This document shows, one piece after another, positions 1 through 10,541 of a stretch of DNA of 64,000 nucleotides. Each line of letters begins with the position of its first letter. Positions within the stretch are counted from its first letter, which is position 1. The notes under the pieces are model-generated. The model saw nothing but the letters and a program-made list of their open reading frames with translations, ran no database searches and was not told where the DNA came from. Both the position numbers and the translations under genes were made by a program. The DNA comes from Naegleria gruberi. Taxonomy: Eukaryota. The DNA is taken from NCBI GenBank assembly GCA_000004985.1, contig GG738895.1. One strand, 5' to 3'.

Positions 1-77
1 ACAGCTGTCCTGACCAATGGTTTAAAAAATCTCTTATTAACAAATCTTTCAGATTCCTATTGGTCATTGTAAAAAAA

Positions 78-1580
78 ATGTTTAAACAACTTGATCACGA
101 TTCCTTGGTCAATATTATTGGATTTCTTAACCTTTCTGATGTATTGGAAAATTTTGCCATCATCAATTCCGAAATAAATCAACTTTTTAATGATCGGTAT
201 GGATACTTGATCTCTTTGATCACAGATAGGATTTTATTCTCGGAAGAACATTTTCTAGCCTTGTTCAATTTTTTAGATAAGAATTTTCAAGTTGAATCAA
301 TACTAAATGAAGAGGAGAGGGAAGTTATTAATTGTACAGCTTTGAGTAGAATATGTGGGGAGGAAAATCATGATGAGAGGAAGGTGATTGAAAGAGTCTT
401 GTCAGAGCAGATTAATTGTGTCCAGATTGATAATTATTCCAAGATGAAAACATGTTGGAGTTGTTGTAAGAGGCTGAGCTATTTGAATATTCTGTTTATA
501 CCTAGGGATAGCGATAGAAACATTGAAGTGTGTTATTGCCCTGGTCATGAAAAATACATTCATTACAGTTTGGATAATTACGGAAAGATTATGAAATTGG
601 CTGACTCCTACGAATTTTCAAAGGATAGAATTTACAAATTTACTTTGCATTATAAGAATGGATTTAACGTAAAGAAAATATATTCGAAACCAAGAGAATC
701 ACATAGAAATCAAAAAGAAATAATTCTTAAAAACAAGGAATTGTATATTGAGCTTACAGGCCCGACTCTTTACGAGTATAATACTGTAACATTAATTCAT
801 CAAGAATCAATTAATAGTGACATTACCATTTCAATACCAAACATTCAAGATTCTGAACATTACAAGAACAGATGTTACTTGGTGAGGAGCGATTTATTTG
901 TCAGACCACTATATGACATTAATTCTTTCTTCCATGATATTTCAGCTCCCAACAAATGTGGAGATTTGAAAGTATCAAGAAAAGGAGATTCTATTTTATG
1001 GACAATCTCAAAGAAAAATATCAAACAATTAGTATTTCGTTTCATGATTACAAATGCTATGATTCTACCACTTTCGTTGCTCCTATTTGTATATTTAACG
1101 GATTATTCTATTGATTCTATATCAACTGATAATATTCAACTCCTTATGCTTTTTCTTGATTCAGTTTCATTAAGTTGCATTTCCCTTTTTGCTTCGGATT
1201 ATTTCACTAACAGATATCGTCGTGTATCAACGGAAAGCTTTAAATTTCTGGCCAAAATTGGTATTGGAAGTTTTTTCCTAAAACTAGTCATTTCATTCAT
1301 TTTTCCATTCCTTTCTCCAGTAGATACAGCAAGTCCATTTAGATTATCATTGCAATTCACAATCCCTTACATATTTTCTTTATTTACAACCATAGTCTCT
1401 TGTTCCTGTTTAGCTCAAACATCATTTTGGTACGCACGTTCCTGTGATTGGTTTTACAATTTGAGGAAGAAGGAATCAGCACTTGGTAGAGTTTTCAATA
1501 AGTGTCTATCTTGGATAACAAACCTCTCCTCCTTGAAAGGTGTAGACAATGACACAGAAGAACGTTGTGTAGTTAACTGA
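78..1580 (+). CDS. Hypothetical protein with an F-box-like N-terminus (LDHDSLVNIIGFLNLSDVLENF) and a C-terminal multi-pass hydrophobic region (about 4 TM helices). The ORF track starts at TTG 60; the first ATG is at 78.
   Basis: Continuous 500-aa ORF. The N-terminal hydrophobic-repeat pattern is typical of F-box proteins, and the C-terminal 150 aa contains several 20-aa hydrophobic stretches. No further similarity recognised. Confidence 0.45.
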   Translation: MFKQLDHDSLVNIIGFLNLSDVLENFAIINSEINQLFNDRYGYLISLITDRILFSEEHFLALFNFLDKNFQVESILNEEEREVINCTALSRICGEENHDERKVIERVLSEQINCVQIDNYSKMKTCWSCCKRLSYLNILFIPRDSDRNIEVCYCPGHEKYIHYSLDNYGKIMKLADSYEFSKDRIYKFTLHYKNGFNVKKIYSKPRESHRNQKEIILKNKELYIELTGPTLYEYNTVTLIHQESINSDITISIPNIQDSEHYKNRCYLVRSDLFVRPLYDINSFFHDISAPNKCGDLKVSRKGDSILWTISKKNIKQLVFRFMITNAMILPLSLLLFVYLTDYSIDSISTDNIQLLMLFLDSVSLSCISLFASDYFTNRYRRVSTESFKFLAKIGIGSFFLKLVISFIFPFLSPVDTASPFRLSLQFTIPYIFSLFTTIVSCSCLAQTSFWYARSCDWFYNLRKKESALGRVFNKCLSWITNLSSLKGVDNDTEERCVVN

Positions 1581-1611
1581 ACGAGTCAAGCTCAAATAAT
1601 AACTTAAAAAA

Positions 1612-2388
1612 ATGCAACAAGATCAAGAAGATGCCACAATAGTTTTCCTGCATGATTTCGCTTTCTATAACCAAAATTCTTCCTCGGAATACTTGGTCAA
1701 TCTCTTGAAGAAAAACCTGTCAAGGCCAAGGACAAGATTTAACATGAAAAAAGTTGACAGTTTCCAAGATTTGGAATTGAGAGAAGATTTACTACGAGGA
1801 GTGTATGGATATGGATTAAAACAATTATCAGAAATTCAAACTAAATGTATCATGCCAATAATATCATCCGAACCACCACTAGATGTTGTTTGCATTTCAA
1901 GCTCGGGGACTGGAAAGAAAACTGCATTCTCAATTGCTCTTCTCCAAAGAATAGACTTGGATCATCAAGCGTACTCTAAAGGAGCACCTCAAGCTCTAGT
2001 TATTACACCTACGAGAGAAATGAGTCAAGTCATTTCTAATCACATCAAGAAATTGGCTCATTATTTGGATGTCAAAGTATTACCTTTCCATGGAGGAGTT
2101 TCAACCAAAGAAACAATCCAAGCTCTAAATGAAATTCAACATGTAGTTGTTGGAACAAACAAATTGATGGACTTAATCAGGTTTAAAGTTTTGAATTTGA
2201 AATATTTGAAACTGATAATAATTGACAGAACAGGTTGTGATTGGCTCGACATGTATGATCAACAGATTTTGAGAATTATCAATGCATCAAACAAATTCAA
2301 CCTTCAAATATGTGTCTTTGGCGATTCGAGAAATATAGGATCGATTGAACAATATCTGAAAGATCCAATTTATTGTGAACTGGAGTAG
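1612..2388 (+). CDS. eIF4A-like DEAD-box helicase N-terminal (RecA1) domain-only protein with degenerate catalytic motifs. Probably a catalytically inactive pseudo-helicase.
   Basis: Clear colinearity with eIF4A domain 1. The phenylalanine upstream of the Q-motif, GVYGYG...IQ, the P-loop-like SSGTGKKTAF (in place of AQSGTGKT), an intact motif Ia PTREMS, GG and VVGT motifs are present. Motif II reads DRTG instead of DEAD and motif III reads FGDS instead of SAT. There is no RecA2 domain and no room for one before the next gene. A real ATG is at 1612. Confidence 0.6.
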   Translation: MQQDQEDATIVFLHDFAFYNQNSSSEYLVNLLKKNLSRPRTRFNMKKVDSFQDLELREDLLRGVYGYGLKQLSEIQTKCIMPIISSEPPLDVVCISSSGTGKKTAFSIALLQRIDLDHQAYSKGAPQALVITPTREMSQVISNHIKKLAHYLDVKVLPFHGGVSTKETIQALNEIQHVVVGTNKLMDLIRFKVLNLKYLKLIIIDRTGCDWLDMYDQQILRIINASNKFNLQICVFGDSRNIGSIEQYLKDPIYCELE

Positions 2389-2683
2389 AACTCGACAATC
2401 AGAGTATGTTGATTTGTATGCATCATGTCAACTCTGCTGCATATTCATTAAGCAATATTGGACCAAGTCAAGTGATATCTTCTCCAATTTTCAATTCCCT
2501 TGGTGAGTCTCAACTCTTCATTGATATTCAATGATTTTCCTTTTAATGGAAGATTATTTGAAGAGATTAATTACTAGAAATTAATTAGTCTGTTTGGAAA
2601 GTTAAGTTACAAAAATTACAGTAAATCTAGTTATTGGTTAAAGTTCTCAATAACGTATCATAATTAAATACTTTACAAAAAAA

Positions 2684-3775
2684 ATGGGAAACAATCAACA
2701 ACCCACATCCCAACCACCAGTTTTAAAAGATGGCGCTCTTCCGAGTGTTAGTACTCCATCATCAGCATGTTATGAACGCACATTAATGCAAGAATATTTT
2801 CCTAATAATTGTAAATTAATTCGAGTTTGTGATCATGATGAAGAAAATCGAAGGAAACAAGAGGAGAATTTGAAGAATTATCGGGAGAAATACTTGTCTC
2901 GATGTAATGGAATATTGGAGAAGATGTTACCTGAGGAAATTATTGTTGAAATTTTGTATTACTTGCCAATGAAGAGTTTGATCAAATTACAAATGGTTTC
3001 AAAGAATTTTCGCTTGTATTGGACTGAACTTCCTGGATTGTGGGATAAATTTTCAGATTATCCCAAAATGATGTATATTCCAATGGTATACGAAAGTATG
3101 AGAAGTAATTTTGGATATTATAATGAATTTAGACAAAAATTAATTAATTTACATGAAAAGCCAACACGAAATTTTGATTTTACTGGATATCAATACAAAG
3201 CCATCGTTTTGGGAGATAAAAAGTGTGGGAAAACCATTTTGCATAACAGAGTCTTCAAAGGCGAACCATTTTCTCAAGAATATGTCTATACGATCGGAGT
3301 AGATTTTTCTACCACAATTTCCAAACAAAACATATACATTCAATCTTGGGATACAGGTGGAGATGAAAGATTTAGAACAATTAATATCAATTTCTTTAGG
3401 GGTATGAAAGGCCACTTTTACTGCTTTGATTTGAATAATCACGAGTCATTTGAAGTAATGAAGGACATTTTTCAAGATTGGAAGAATGTATATCTCAAAG
3501 GTGAAGACCTTAGTTCATATTTTACTAAGATTTCATTCGCATTGGTGGGATTGAAATCAGATTTGGAACGCAAAGTATCAAGAGATGAAATTCATGAATT
3601 CTTGGAAAATATTGAACCACTGAAGGATAAGACTTTGCACACCAGTAGAGTCCAATACTTTGAGTTGAGTTCTAAAGAAGATTCAATTTCAGATTTACTT
3701 TTTCCATTTGTCTATAGTTATCATAATGTAATGGAAATACCAAGGCAATATTCAACAAGTATAAGTGAAATGTAA
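2684..3775 (+). CDS. F-box domain fused to a Ras/Rab-like small GTPase
   Basis: F-box consensus LPEEIIVEILYYLPMKSLIKLQMVSKNF at about aa 80-110. GTPase G1 P-loop GDKKCGKT, G3 WDTGGDERF (DTAGQE-like), G4 GLKSDL (NKxD-like) and G5 ELSSKE (ETSAK-like). Starts MGNNQ. A real ATG is at 2684. Confidence 0.65.
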   Translation: MGNNQQPTSQPPVLKDGALPSVSTPSSACYERTLMQEYFPNNCKLIRVCDHDEENRRKQEENLKNYREKYLSRCNGILEKMLPEEIIVEILYYLPMKSLIKLQMVSKNFRLYWTELPGLWDKFSDYPKMMYIPMVYESMRSNFGYYNEFRQKLINLHEKPTRNFDFTGYQYKAIVLGDKKCGKTILHNRVFKGEPFSQEYVYTIGVDFSTTISKQNIYIQSWDTGGDERFRTININFFRGMKGHFYCFDLNNHESFEVMKDIFQDWKNVYLKGEDLSSYFTKISFALVGLKSDLERKVSRDEIHEFLENIEPLKDKTLHTSRVQYFELSSKEDSISDLLFPFVYSYHNVMEIPRQYSTSISEM

Positions 3776-3924
3776 ACAAGATGAGATGTCAATAGTTTCG
3801 GTATTGAAATTATTTACAAATAAGAGAACTAAACCACAATACACTGAATAAGGAATATTCAAACACTTAGGGTCAAAAATCCGAGTTTTAATTAATATCA
3901 GCTTGAAAGATCATAATTGTTTTA

Positions 3925-6900
3925 TTAAATCATTAAGAACTGAACAAAGACCACTAAGCACAATACTTCAGTAACAAAATAGCTAGCATTAGCAACAGAA
4001 ACTCTATCCGATTTTCCAGGTGAACCCCTTCTTGATGGTTCTGGAATTGGTTGGGAAGTACTACTTTTTGGTTGTGGAATAGATGGTTGTGGATTAACAG
4101 GACTCTCTCCATTACAATTCATCTCATAAGCTCCAATATCTGGTGCCTTTCCATAATAAGGCATTCCAACATTAGTTCCCTTATCAATCAATGTAATGTT
4201 GCTGTCACATCTCAATCTAAAATCATTAGCCAAATAATCTTTGAAATAATTGGTGGCATTATTGTAATTATTTTCAAAAATGGTGTTTGGTCCAATAACT
4301 GGTTTCCAAATACCTTGGAAATAGCTCCCAACAATTGCAATATAATTGTAATCAGTTTCCCAATATGGAAGAAGATCAAACTTTGCACTAGAAGTTCCAA
4401 TATTCAAGTCAACCAACTGAATAGTATTGTCCAAGAAGGCATTATTCTTCATGGAAACACTTCTTGGATAGTAACTAATCATTGCCGAATCAAAAATTGC
4501 TTGGAATACCAATTCATCAAGAATGGATCTTGTCAACCCTCTTACTTCCTCAATAATTGAAAGACCAGCATTTGAATACGAGAAAGCACCTGTACTGGAG
4601 CTTAATAACCCTCTTTTTGTAACAGCAGTCCAATATGGATAAGCAAGACCATCTTGATCCAATTGAGGAAGAACATAATCTTTGTGAACTGACATGAAAT
4701 TAGTGTCATTAATCACATTGTTAATGAAATTGATAATTTCAGCCTTATCACCACTTGTTAAATCTGAAGCTGTAGAATAAGATCTAATTCTTGATACAAG
4801 AGTTTCATTTTTGGACCAAACTAATTTGTTTCCATTTTCGGTTGGGTTTACAATACTGTTAAAAAGAGTATTCCAATTTGAAGTGGTAGTACTATCTATC
4901 AAAGCACATCTGCTATTATCTGTCTTGACAGCAAATCTCAAAAATGATTGATAGAATTGATTATTATGCAGCACAACTCTAGCAGCATGATTGACACCAA
5001 CTGGACCTCCAATAAAGACATTTCGTCTGAAGATAACTAAACCATTTTGTTCCATCCACATGTTCTGATTACCAAGTTTGTTAATCAATACGTTATCTTC
5101 GAGAACAATGTTATTGATATTGGTAAATTGAATATTATCTGGATGTTGACGATATGAAGTTTGATGCTCAACTCGATTGTTTTTGATTAGAATATTCCAA
5201 TTACTATATGCCAATTGAGTTCCAGAACCAACCCAAATACCATTATTATAATTCTTGTAAATGTACATGTTCTTAATTTGTGAATCGTTCACCATACTTG
5301 CAAAGTTTACACCATTGTTGTGATTATAACTAATCTTGCCGCCATCAACATTAATATTAGTTGCATCTCTGAAACTAAATCCATTTTCACCATTTCCATA
5401 TGAAGAGCAGTTCAATAATTGAACACTATCAGTGAATTGACCAAAAAATCCCATTGAAGCATACTTTCTAAACATCATATCTTGAACAATTAAACCATCC
5501 CCGTAAACTATTGAAATGCCATTGGTCAAGGCAGATGCTTCAAGCATGACACCACTCACCTTAGGATCCTTATCAAGTGAAACTTGAATGATATTTCCTT
5601 CTGCGGTATATTGATTAGCACGAGAGAATGATCCAATATGATTGGCAATAGCATACGAATCTTTCAAGACTATTCCCATTGGAGTAGTAAGTCCTGGCGG
5701 AATGGCATTAATTCCAATAGTATTGGTAGTGGCATTGTAATAGATAATTGTTCGAGGTTGAATGGCATTTCCAAATTGATTGTAATGGTAGAAATCAGCA
5801 CCAACCCAGAAATTATCTGAAACAGGATTTCCTGCAGCATCATATTTGAACATGTCATCAACTTCCAAATAGACTATTCCATTTAAAGTGTATGAAACAT
5901 TCTTTGGAGTGAGATAATTAGTATGATCATATTCATCATCCAAATCATATGGAAGAGGTTTCATTGCCAAACTCAATTTCTCGCCATCTGCATAAATATA
6001 CGAAGTTGAAACTTGAAGTTGACCCTTATAGATGGAAATTGGTGTGGACATGACCTTTTCCAAATTTTTAGGATCAATAATTAATGAACCATCCAAAACT
6101 GCTGAATAAGTTTTGGAATTTCCAGAGGAAGGAGTTGGTGGATTCAAAGGTTTGATAGTAATTGGATGTTTGGAATGGGTTGGGCGATCAAAATAGATTG
6201 ATTCTCTATAGATACCATTTCCAACAATTAAGGTGTCATCTGGAAGTAACATGTATTGAGCTGCATTCAAAGTTGACCAAGCAGAAGATAGACCAAGACC
6301 ATCATTAGAATCGGATCCACTCAATTGATTAACATAGTAGGTCAATCCATTTCTGTTGTGCATTTGTTTACCTTGATAAACAGTAACAGATTGAGATCTC
6401 AAAGTTGCTCCTTTGGAATTTCCTGGATTTCTGTCATAAAAACCAAATTTCAAGATTTTAAACTTTTGAATAGCACTAGAATCGGTATCTGTTACAATGA
6501 CTTGATAATCATTAGCACTGGAACCCAATTTAGCCAACTGAATTGAAATTCCATTTGAAGACCATTCAGCATAAAGTTTGTAAGTGGAATAAAGCAATGG
6601 GACATGAATTAATGCTAATTTGGAGCTAGAATATAAGCGAACAGATTGACCATTCATAATTCTGGTAATGGACATGGTTGGATACAAACTAATCTTGTAA
6701 TAATTGTTTTGGTCAACCAGGAGAACAAAACCAAGATCATAGCTGGTAGATAGAAAACCAGTTTGCAAATTGCTTGAAAATGTAACACCATCAGTAGTGT
6801 CATACGGAGTGTCATAGGTGACAATCGAATCATTTTGATAAATTTGCAACAATTGACTAGCAATACCAACATTTCCTTTTTGGGTATTCCAACCAGCCAT

Positions 6901-7326
6901 GCCATTGCTAAAATTACTCTGCATCAACACCTTCAAACTATTTGGAGTAGGCAATGCAATAGATTGAATAGTAATCATGTGAGTAATGGTTATCTTTTTC
7001 CCATTCACATCATTATACGAAACGTTTCTCATCACCACAGTTTCGCCAATCGATTGTGTACTATAAACCAGAGCTGAATTATAATTATATAAACCAGTTT
7101 TCAATGGAGAACCATCTGCCATTGAATAAGCGATCTGAACTGAAGTTGAAGAATAGGAATCATTGAAATAGGTAATTCTTGGATTTAAAATTACTGAACC
7201 GAATTGATGCATGATAACTTTCTGGATGGGAGTAACGTAGAGTACATCCTGAACAGTTTGTGCATGTGTAACGGTATGAAAAACTGTCAGGAGGAGCAAA
7301 ATGACAAGTGGCAGTTTTGCTTTCAT
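3925..7326 (-). CDS. Large secreted or surface protein with a parallel beta-helix (pectin-lyase-fold-like) repeat region, a Pro/Ser-rich stalk and a hydrophobic GPI-anchor-like C-terminus
   Basis: 1133-aa uninterrupted ORF. N-terminal signal peptide MKAKLPLVILLLLTVFHTVTHA. Repeated Nxx(I/V)xxN/G-rich beta-helix-like units (e.g. NNGIWVGSGTQ, NIQFTNINNIVLEDNVLIN). Many NxS/T sites. C-terminus ...PQPKSSTSQPIPEPS...ASYFVTEVLCLVVFVQFLMI. Confidence 0.55.
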   Translation of the reverse strand: MKAKLPLVILLLLTVFHTVTHAQTVQDVLYVTPIQKVIMHQFGSVILNPRITYFNDSYSSTSVQIAYSMADGSPLKTGLYNYNSALVYSTQSIGETVVMRNVSYNDVNGKKITITHMITIQSIALPTPNSLKVLMQSNFSNGMAGWNTQKGNVGIASQLLQIYQNDSIVTYDTPYDTTDGVTFSSNLQTGFLSTSYDLGFVLLVDQNNYYKISLYPTMSITRIMNGQSVRLYSSSKLALIHVPLLYSTYKLYAEWSSNGISIQLAKLGSSANDYQVIVTDTDSSAIQKFKILKFGFYDRNPGNSKGATLRSQSVTVYQGKQMHNRNGLTYYVNQLSGSDSNDGLGLSSAWSTLNAAQYMLLPDDTLIVGNGIYRESIYFDRPTHSKHPITIKPLNPPTPSSGNSKTYSAVLDGSLIIDPKNLEKVMSTPISIYKGQLQVSTSYIYADGEKLSLAMKPLPYDLDDEYDHTNYLTPKNVSYTLNGIVYLEVDDMFKYDAAGNPVSDNFWVGADFYHYNQFGNAIQPRTIIYYNATTNTIGINAIPPGLTTPMGIVLKDSYAIANHIGSFSRANQYTAEGNIIQVSLDKDPKVSGVMLEASALTNGISIVYGDGLIVQDMMFRKYASMGFFGQFTDSVQLLNCSSYGNGENGFSFRDATNINVDGGKISYNHNNGVNFASMVNDSQIKNMYIYKNYNNGIWVGSGTQLAYSNWNILIKNNRVEHQTSYRQHPDNIQFTNINNIVLEDNVLINKLGNQNMWMEQNGLVIFRRNVFIGGPVGVNHAARVVLHNNQFYQSFLRFAVKTDNSRCALIDSTTTSNWNTLFNSIVNPTENGNKLVWSKNETLVSRIRSYSTASDLTSGDKAEIINFINNVINDTNFMSVHKDYVLPQLDQDGLAYPYWTAVTKRGLLSSSTGAFSYSNAGLSIIEEVRGLTRSILDELVFQAIFDSAMISYYPRSVSMKNNAFLDNTIQLVDLNIGTSSAKFDLLPYWETDYNYIAIVGSYFQGIWKPVIGPNTIFENNYNNATNYFKDYLANDFRLRCDSNITLIDKGTNVGMPYYGKAPDIGAYEMNCNGESPVNPQPSIPQPKSSTSQPIPEPSRRGSPGKSDRVSVANASYFVTEVLCLVVFVQFLMI

Positions 7327-7818
7327 TGTGTTTGTTTTTTTTTACTGTGGTGATTTCAATGATAGTTATCATAATTGACTATATTGATTGATTTGCGTAG
7401 TGAGTTTCGTAATTTGTGAACTAAAAGAGTCAACTCCTAGTCAACTGGCGTGTGAAAAGCTTAGAAATTTAAATCTCTCTAAAATTTTATTATTCTGCTG
7501 TCATTGCAATTGACTCTTTGATAAAGCAACAAAATTCAGATCTGGGCAATGGTTTTCCAGGAAAGGAACGGTGTGGCTGGGTTCGCAAAAATTATATCTC
7601 CATTCCATTGCGCCTCAATTACTTTTTTCCGAAAAAAGCGAAACACTGAACGCCACAATTTATACAAACAATTTCTTGAACATTCATTGGTCTCTTCATT
7701 GAATATTGTGAGAACAGTAATCTTAAAAACCTGTAAATGATTGAGGGAAGTAAGTGAATTGGCTTGAAAATGCAGAGATATGTCTATGTGAAAACTATTC
7801 TTTTAAGATAGATGTGAA

Positions 7819-7898
7819 GCAGGGGTTCCCGAGTGGTCAAAGGGGTAGACTCAAGTTCTACTGCGCAAGCTTCGTGGGTTCAAATCCCACCTTCTGCA
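7819..7898 (+). tRNA. tRNA-Leu (anticodon CAA) with long variable arm
   Basis: GCAGGGG acceptor stem, D-loop AGTGGTCAAA, anticodon loop CTCAAGT, long extra arm, T-loop GGTTCAAATCC. Followed by T-runs (ttttg, tttttcttt) consistent with Pol III termination. Confidence 0.85.
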
Positions 7899-8369
7899 AC
7901 TTTTGTTTCTTTTTCTTTAGTGATTATGACTTGAGCATAATATTGATATTAAATATTTGACATTGTATGTAGAATATAATATGAAAAGATGGTCGCTTTA
8001 TTTCAAGTATATAAAAAGTTAATCAGCAACGATTACAAGCACCTGAATCATCCTCCTTCCTAACAATCCTTGGAAACAGATAAGATGAGCTTAGAGATGA
8101 ACTCAATTTCCAAGTTCTTTAAATGGATGAGATTGAATCACTTATAACACAAATTTTATTAATTGTTGTTTCTTCACAAGTGTAACCTTTTGTTTGTTGA
8201 AACCTTTCTATTACAAATAGTTACTTTTGTCATTTAAGCAATGTAACATTTCAATTATTTCGAATAAATTAGTTTATTGTTATCTTTGACTTTCAACTCT
8301 TTACTTTTGAATAGCCAATCACTCGTATCTAAACATTCTCTTCTCAAAACTATATAGTACAAAACTCGT

Positions 8370-8855
8370 TTAAATCAAAAAGTCAAACTTTTGAAATACT
8401 GGATCAAAATTCGTTGAAAATGAAATACAACCATTAAAGTTTTCCTGTTTCGTACTCTTCACAACAGAGCAACACAAAATTTGGAAAGGTTTAGGTGAGC
8501 TCATATTTGAATCGTACAAGTTAGGAATGGAAGAAGTATCAATTTCAACAATTAGATTACTCGATTCTGGAATACAATGAAAACTCATCTTTTCCCACTG
8601 TGGAGTAAAGCTTGGAAATATGCTGTGTGTTCTACGTGATGAATCAATCACCATAATAATCATGTGTGTCTGTTGTGAGCTATTATTCTCAAAGAAGAGT
8701 CTCAGTTTTTCACCCCTCTTTAACAGATTACTCCTCTCACTTGATTCTCTCGACATTTTACAAGTGTGCATACATTGATAAGCTAGTGATTGTTCCATCG
8801 CCTCAGGTGAATATTGTCGGCTCAATAATTGATGTACTGTAACTTTAGTTGCCAT
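8370..8855 (-). CDS. Hypothetical protein (161 aa), no recognisable domain
   Basis: ORF with a real ATG at 8855. Lies in an otherwise gene-poor AT-rich stretch. Coding status uncertain. Confidence 0.3.
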   Translation of the reverse strand: MATKVTVHQLLSRQYSPEAMEQSLAYQCMHTCKMSRESSERSNLLKRGEKLRLFFENNSSQQTHMIIMVIDSSRRTHSIFPSFTPQWEKMSFHCIPESSNLIVEIDTSSIPNLYDSNMSSPKPFQILCCSVVKSTKQENFNGCISFSTNFDPVFQKFDFLI

Positions 8856-9735
8856 TCTTGTTGATGTTTTTATTGGTTGTGTGTTTTGTTCCTACTTCCC
8901 AATGAGATGTTGTTCTTTCTTTTTTTCCTAGATGTAAGTTGCGTCTTAAATGATTACGATGTGTGGTGGTTGCCAAACAACAATTAACATCAACAGTGAT
9001 GAAACTTGTACCAAGTTCATTGCTAATGGAAGTTCCTTGACTGTGCGAGAAGGAGTTCAGCATCATTTCAATGATGGGATGAAAATAATTTGGAGTGCTA
9101 CTTGCCGAAGTGATGTGACATGGATAGATGGTTCTGCCTTTGATGATGAACAACTCAATGTCGTTTAGTGTGTTTCAATCGTATTATGAAATGTTGTTTG
9201 GTTCATCATGCACACTGCAATCGATAAGGATTCACTGAATTGAAGAAAGGGTGAACCTTGATGAATTCAATGATAATCTAGATGAACATTTTCTGATGAA
9301 TTTTAAAATGATTATGAGATATTGACCTGTGTAACTTTACAGTACTTTATGTAACTTGACAAAGTTCATTAAATTTTTCAAATAAAACCTATATAATAAG
9401 AATGACAAGATTGATTTGGAAATGAATTTCTTCATTATTCCAAGTCATCTTATTCTTCATTAGTTCTTAATTGTTGATTCAAAGAAGTGAACTTGGTGAA
9501 ATAGAAAAATATTTTCAACAAATTTGTGAAATAAATTACAATTTCAATTTATCTTAGCTCTAATCTAGTTGGATTGTTGTTTGTATACTGTTAATAATAA
9601 TTATTTGAATAAATCTAAATATTTGTACAGAGGTATGTGGTGTGTTATGAATGATCATCATTAATATGGTCCAATTTGTTGTTGTATCATCCTCGTAATC
9701 CTTTCGGAAGAAGTGATCATCCACAATTTGTCCAA

Positions 9736-10140
9736 TTATTTCTTGTCATTCTTGAATCTGTGGTTACAACCCGTACAAATCAACCACAAATTCATACCAC
9801 CTTGATTTTCTTTAGTAATACCAAAACCTGTTTGTAGATAGACAACTTCACTGTGGCCACATTTTGGACAAGCACCAATACCAACAGTACCTCTTGGAAG
9901 AGTTGGATCTTTTGTTAATTCGTTCCAATCAATATTACTCCATTGAATATCCTTGGAAGCTTTAATATCGTTTTTATAAACAGTGTATTCATCTGTTGGA
10001 ACTCTTTCACTAAAATCGCAATGTCTACATTTATATTCGAGTGTTTTGAGTCTTCGGTTTTCTCTTGGATACAACATATTGTTGCATTCTGAGCAAAACT
10101 TCATACCCAATGATCTATCGTCTTCAAGATTGTCCTCCAT
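9736..10140 (-). CDS. RPB9: DNA-directed RNA polymerase II subunit RPB9 (two zinc ribbons)
   Basis: N-terminal Zn ribbon FCSECNNMLYPRE...CRHC. The conserved DPTLPR motif is followed by a C-terminal TFIIS-type Zn ribbon CPKCGH...CTGCNHRF. Size is about 134 aa. ATG at 10140. Confidence 0.8.
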   Translation of the reverse strand: MEDNLEDDRSLGMKFCSECNNMLYPRENRRLKTLEYKCRHCDFSERVPTDEYTVYKNDIKASKDIQWSNIDWNELTKDPTLPRGTVGIGACPKCGHSEVVYLQTGFGITKENQGGMNLWLICTGCNHRFKNDKK

Positions 10141-10541
10141 TTTTTTTTAATTAAAATTATTTTATTGTTGTGATAAAAATACACCTTGTTAATTAAACTG
10201 TCTTGTGAAAATAGTGAAGTAAAGGTTCAAGTTGTTGTGAAGGTGATGATCTACGAAACACAGAAGGTATTAATCATTCCGCTTGTTTGTTATTGATGGA
10301 GTCATGTTCTTATTGTTATGTGTTTGGTCCAAACATGAGATTCTTTCAGGCTGGCATTTTTTAGCTTGGGATTTGCCTGTAAAATATTCTTATTGTAAAA
10401 GAACCCTAGACTGGGTTGGCCAAAATTTGCGAAAGTTTGTCGAAAAAAAAATACAAAAAGTAAGTTAATGCCACACCTTCGTACTTATCGTTCTCCTTTC
10501 TACTTGTTTTAAAATGATAAAATTTATTGTTACACAACTAG

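Noticed and set aside
4051-4560. Antisense or overlapping ORFs inside long genes (e.g. 4051-4560, 4212-4400, 5638-5861, 12523-12948, 18137-18582, 26339-26554, 36180-36398, 37811-38224, 58113-58695)
   Set aside because: They lie opposite or out of frame within long, well-supported coding regions. They have low-complexity or biased translations that mirror the sense strand composition, and no start codon or splice support.
8845-9168. ORFs 8845-9153 (-) and 8950-9168 (+)
   Set aside because: Mutually overlapping on opposite strands, short, no recognisable domains. The 8845 ORF overlaps the 8370-8855 ORF in another frame. Cannot be supported from sequence alone.
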